DNA of 40,373 nt, taken from NCBI GenBank assembly GCA_040437565.1, contig JBDOQK010000067.1, positions 124,001-164,373 of the forward strand, written 5' to 3'. Source of the stretch: Albugo candida (lineage: Eukaryota). The position numbers were made by a program, and so were the translations under genes. Under the pieces are notes generated by a model. The model made no database searches. It was not told the DNA's origin and saw nothing but the letters and a program-made list of their open reading frames with translations. Numbering within the stretch: the stretch's first letter is position 1; each line of letters opens with the position of its first letter. Positions 37,784-40,373 of the stretch are shown piece after piece.

Positions 37784-38512
37784 GGGAGCGCCTATAATCA
37801 CACTCCCCTATAACTATTCTCACACGCCCCCCAATATAAGATCATTCCGTAACAATTTCCACCAATCATGTGACCATTTATCACAAACTCATACAAACAA
37901 TAGACACAAAAGATCGGAGCATATCAGCGAATAGTCAGTCCATGGTGACTTCATGAACGAGAAGCAAGAGCTATTCGCTAAAAGCAATGACAATCTCGAT
38001 GAGTATTTCTGAAGTTAAGTAGATGAAAATCATAACGTAGCAATACAAAATTATTCTTTCCAAGTCCTCCTTGATCCAACGGCAATAGAATCCGATCAAT
38101 TGACAGATAAATAGAGCGCAATTTCACCACAGTCCGATGGTACGAAGTGGATCCCATGGCTACGTCATTCCAAGTTACTGACATTGGAGCATGAGTAGCA
38201 ACGCATCGCTATCCGAAGGCTTACAAGGATGAAGTAAAGAATCGCATATCGATGCTATTAAAAGCCTTACTTGTAGCAGAATGATGAGCATTCGATAAAC
38301 GAATGAGAATCAGCAGATATAGGCAGCGCTATTATATTTTAGTATATGTGAGCAGGACATCGACTTTGACTGCAACCAAAAAGCTAGCAGACTGAGCAGG
38401 GTCCTTGCATTCAAAACGATAACACAGACGCAACAAAGTATGACAAACATGTCATAATATTTACGTGATTGGTGGAAATTGATACGGAATGATCTCATAT
38501 TGGGGGGGGGGG
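37784..38512 (-). mobile_element. Second, inverted copy of the 794-bp MITE, with one TIR truncated
   Basis: Reverse-complement match to about 7650-8401 along its length (the spurious ORFs MSITWNDVAM.. and MSVTWNDVAM.. are homologous). It ends in a G11 run and lacks the outer ~40 bp of that TIR. Confidence 0.88.
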
Positions 38513-38539
38513 TCAAAGAAGATGGTGACATGAGGCTGA

Positions 38540-39154
38540 TTGCCGGTCCACTTCAGCGTGAATGCTAAGGGCTCCTCGATTATTTCCACGTGGAACAATA
38601 TCTCAGCACTCACGGTGAATGTTAATGGAATTCATAAAAATGGTCATTTTTTTATCGACCACATCCTATCACAACACTCCATTTGTTGTGTACAAGAAAC
38701 CAGGTTTCACGATCACAACCAACTTAACTCATTTCATTTTTTTTAAATTCAGAAATGCAGCACAAAATGTTTGTCAATGACCACAACAGCGCTTTTCTCC
38801 ATCCGACTCAAAATCACAGTGGCGGCGTCATGACAATTCTTCTTTGGTACTTTCCCGGTTATACAACAGCTGAAGAACTTACCGAACGAAACATTCGAAA
38901 TCGTTCTTTGGGTTTGCGTCTTATCATTCACGATGCACCGGTGTATATTCACAATGCATATGCACCGGTCAAGGTCGAGGAACGAGTAGGTTTTTATGAG
39001 TTATTGCTTTCAAACACTTTCGAATCGACCGCAACACAATCGTGTTTGGTGATTTCAACACACCACTCGATCCAGCTATCGATGCTTCGAGTGGAACAAT
39101 CCGGCACGAACCAGTCGATTAGCGTGTTTGGAATGGCTTTCACAGTTGGGTGTG
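38540..39154 (+). mobile_element. LINE ORF2 APE endonuclease domain, pseudogenised
   Basis: LTVNVNGI, CCVQETR, SGGVMTIL, IHNAYAP and (after a frameshift) IVFGDFNTPLD are canonical EEP/APE motifs. It runs into a gap. Confidence 0.88.
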
Positions 39155-39254
39155 NNNNNNNNNNNNNNNNNNNNNNNNNNNNNNNNNNNNNNNNNNNNNN
39201 NNNNNNNNNNNNNNNNNNNNNNNNNNNNNNNNNNNNNNNNNNNNNNNNNNNNNN

Positions 39255-39343
39255 TTTTTATATGTATATATGTTATTTAAGATAGCCTAGGCAACTAGAG
39301 AAGTCAGTTAGTCTAATTCTAGTAATATAGACACCTTCAACTG
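39255..39343. repeat. Short dispersed repeat, copy 3 of 3
   Basis: Similar to 3220-3315 and 19259-19330. Reads as an A-rich tail on the - strand. Confidence 0.5.
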
Positions 39344-39484
39344 ATCTCGTGTATAAAGTAGAAAAAGTATACAATTGACCTGATTGGCTGGCGTACTTAG
39401 CAACAATTAAATTTCGTGAGCTGTGATTGGTTAGATCAATTGTCTGTGGCCGTAGTATTTATGTCTGTGGCCATTGCGGCTCCA
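39341..39484 (-). mobile_element. Right TIR matching 16077-16233
   Basis: ctgatctcgtgtata..gacctgattggctggcgtacttagcaacaattaaattt..tgtgattggttagatcaattgtctgtggccgtagta..gtctgtggccattgcggctcc is the reverse complement of the left TIR, with one fewer subterminal repeat. Confidence 0.85.
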
Positions 39485-39725
39485 TTTAATAAAAGAACAC
39501 AACATGCAAGTTCTACTCAGAACCATTATGAAGGATAAACTATAACTAGTCTTGACAAAAACGAGATTCAGTTATTTCTTATGATACAAAGAGTGTGCTT
39601 ATCTCATGCGTGTGATTACCCTCATGATGGATGTGATATCGCGCTTAATGTTTAGTAGCAAGCTTCCGGGCGTCAGAAAGATCAACTGCTTGTAGTCATT
39701 GTGGGGGCAATATAATCAGGAAAGG

Positions 39726-39991
39726 TACATTTATTAGACATGAAACCCTGCAACGTTTTCCTATTCTATACGATGAGCTGTGAGGGCTGCAACTTCGAAT
39801 CACCTCGAAAATGTGATATCTGATCCGGAGTGGACAACGTTGTCCGAGGATGCATCCAGTAATGAAAAGATAAACTTTCTATGAATACGTCAACGATAGT
39901 GAGGGATCGGAATTGAGAAAGCATTATTGATAAATTGTAGGAGCGATACATTTATTAGACAAGAAATATTGCAGCGCTTTTCTATTCTATA
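39726..39991 (+). repeat. 45-bp imperfect direct repeat pair
   Basis: tacatttattagacatgaaaccctgcaacgttttcctattctata (39726-39770) vs tacatttattagacaagaaatattgcagcgcttttctattctata (39947-39991). Confidence 0.75.
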
Positions 39992-40209
39992 TAGTGCAAG
40001 ACACTTATAGCCGACACCCCCCCCTATTTATGCGGCCAAAATTCACAATTTCAATTTCATGCAGCCTATAGTTCTAACGTGCAAATAACCGGGTTTTTTT
40101 TAGCCAATCAGGAGTAGTGTATGTAGGTAGGTTAATCAATCGCCATATCACTTCAGAAGTTGATAACGCCCTCCGTATTTTTTTGCACTTATAGCTACCC
40201 AAAGTAGCC

Positions 40210-40373
40210 ATGCCACGTCAAAAACAACAAAGGAAACACTTGTACATGACATCAATTCATGCTGCAAAGAACAAGAAGCAGAAAATTGAAGTGCATGACT
40301 TTTGCACGAATTTGAAAATAGCAGCGCCTGCAGTAAAAATGAATCCCAGATGGACAGCGAAAATAAAGTGGAA
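40210..40373 (+). other. 5'-partial basic ORF open to the window end; possibly a transposase start
   Basis: MPRQKQQRKHLYMTSIHAAKNKKQKIE.. preceded by a repeated cacttatagc motif (about 40002 and 40186) and a CCAAT box. Confidence 0.3.

Larger units (their letters stand above)
1712..39254. other. 13 scaffold gaps of 100 N; 9 flanked by duplicated contig ends
   Basis: Gaps at 1712-1811, 4036-4135, 7238-7337, 8652-8751, 9298-9397, 18979-19078, 21182-21281, 22197-22296, 22975-23074, 24854-24953, 25591-25690, 29301-29400 and 39155-39254. Sequence before the gap recurs after it at 1555-1711, 3669-4035, 8474-8651, 20878-21181, 22037-22196, 22853-22974, 24786-24853, 25411-25590 and 28527-29300. Confidence 0.95.

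Overview
Eukaryotic scaffold sequence, most likely an oomycete. A white-rust (Albugo-like) genome is my inference from the roughly 40% GC, 50-60 bp GT-AG introns and gene content. The window has 13 gaps of exactly 100 N, and 9 of them are flanked by duplicated contig ends, so many ORF-track entries are artefacts. Positions 1-19 kb and 35-40 kb are gene-poor and hold decayed Mutator (MULE) transposases, a MITE in two copies, LINE fragments and pseudogene pieces. Positions 19.6-34.9 kb form a compact gene island: a BAG + HSP20-like fusion co-chaperone head-to-head with phosphatidylserine decarboxylase across a 117-bp spacer containing a perfect heat-shock element, a multi-exon hypothetical gene, a cullin, a 913-aa protein with two RGS domains plus DENN/dDENN, and another hypothetical gene. 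The most striking structure is a pair of inward-facing ~150-bp Mutator TIRs (16077 and 39484) with near-identical 9-10 bp flanks. They enclose the transposase relic and the whole gene island (23.4 kb). This is either a giant cargo-carrying MULE or a scaffolding insertion, because the island is bounded by two non-overlapping gaps.
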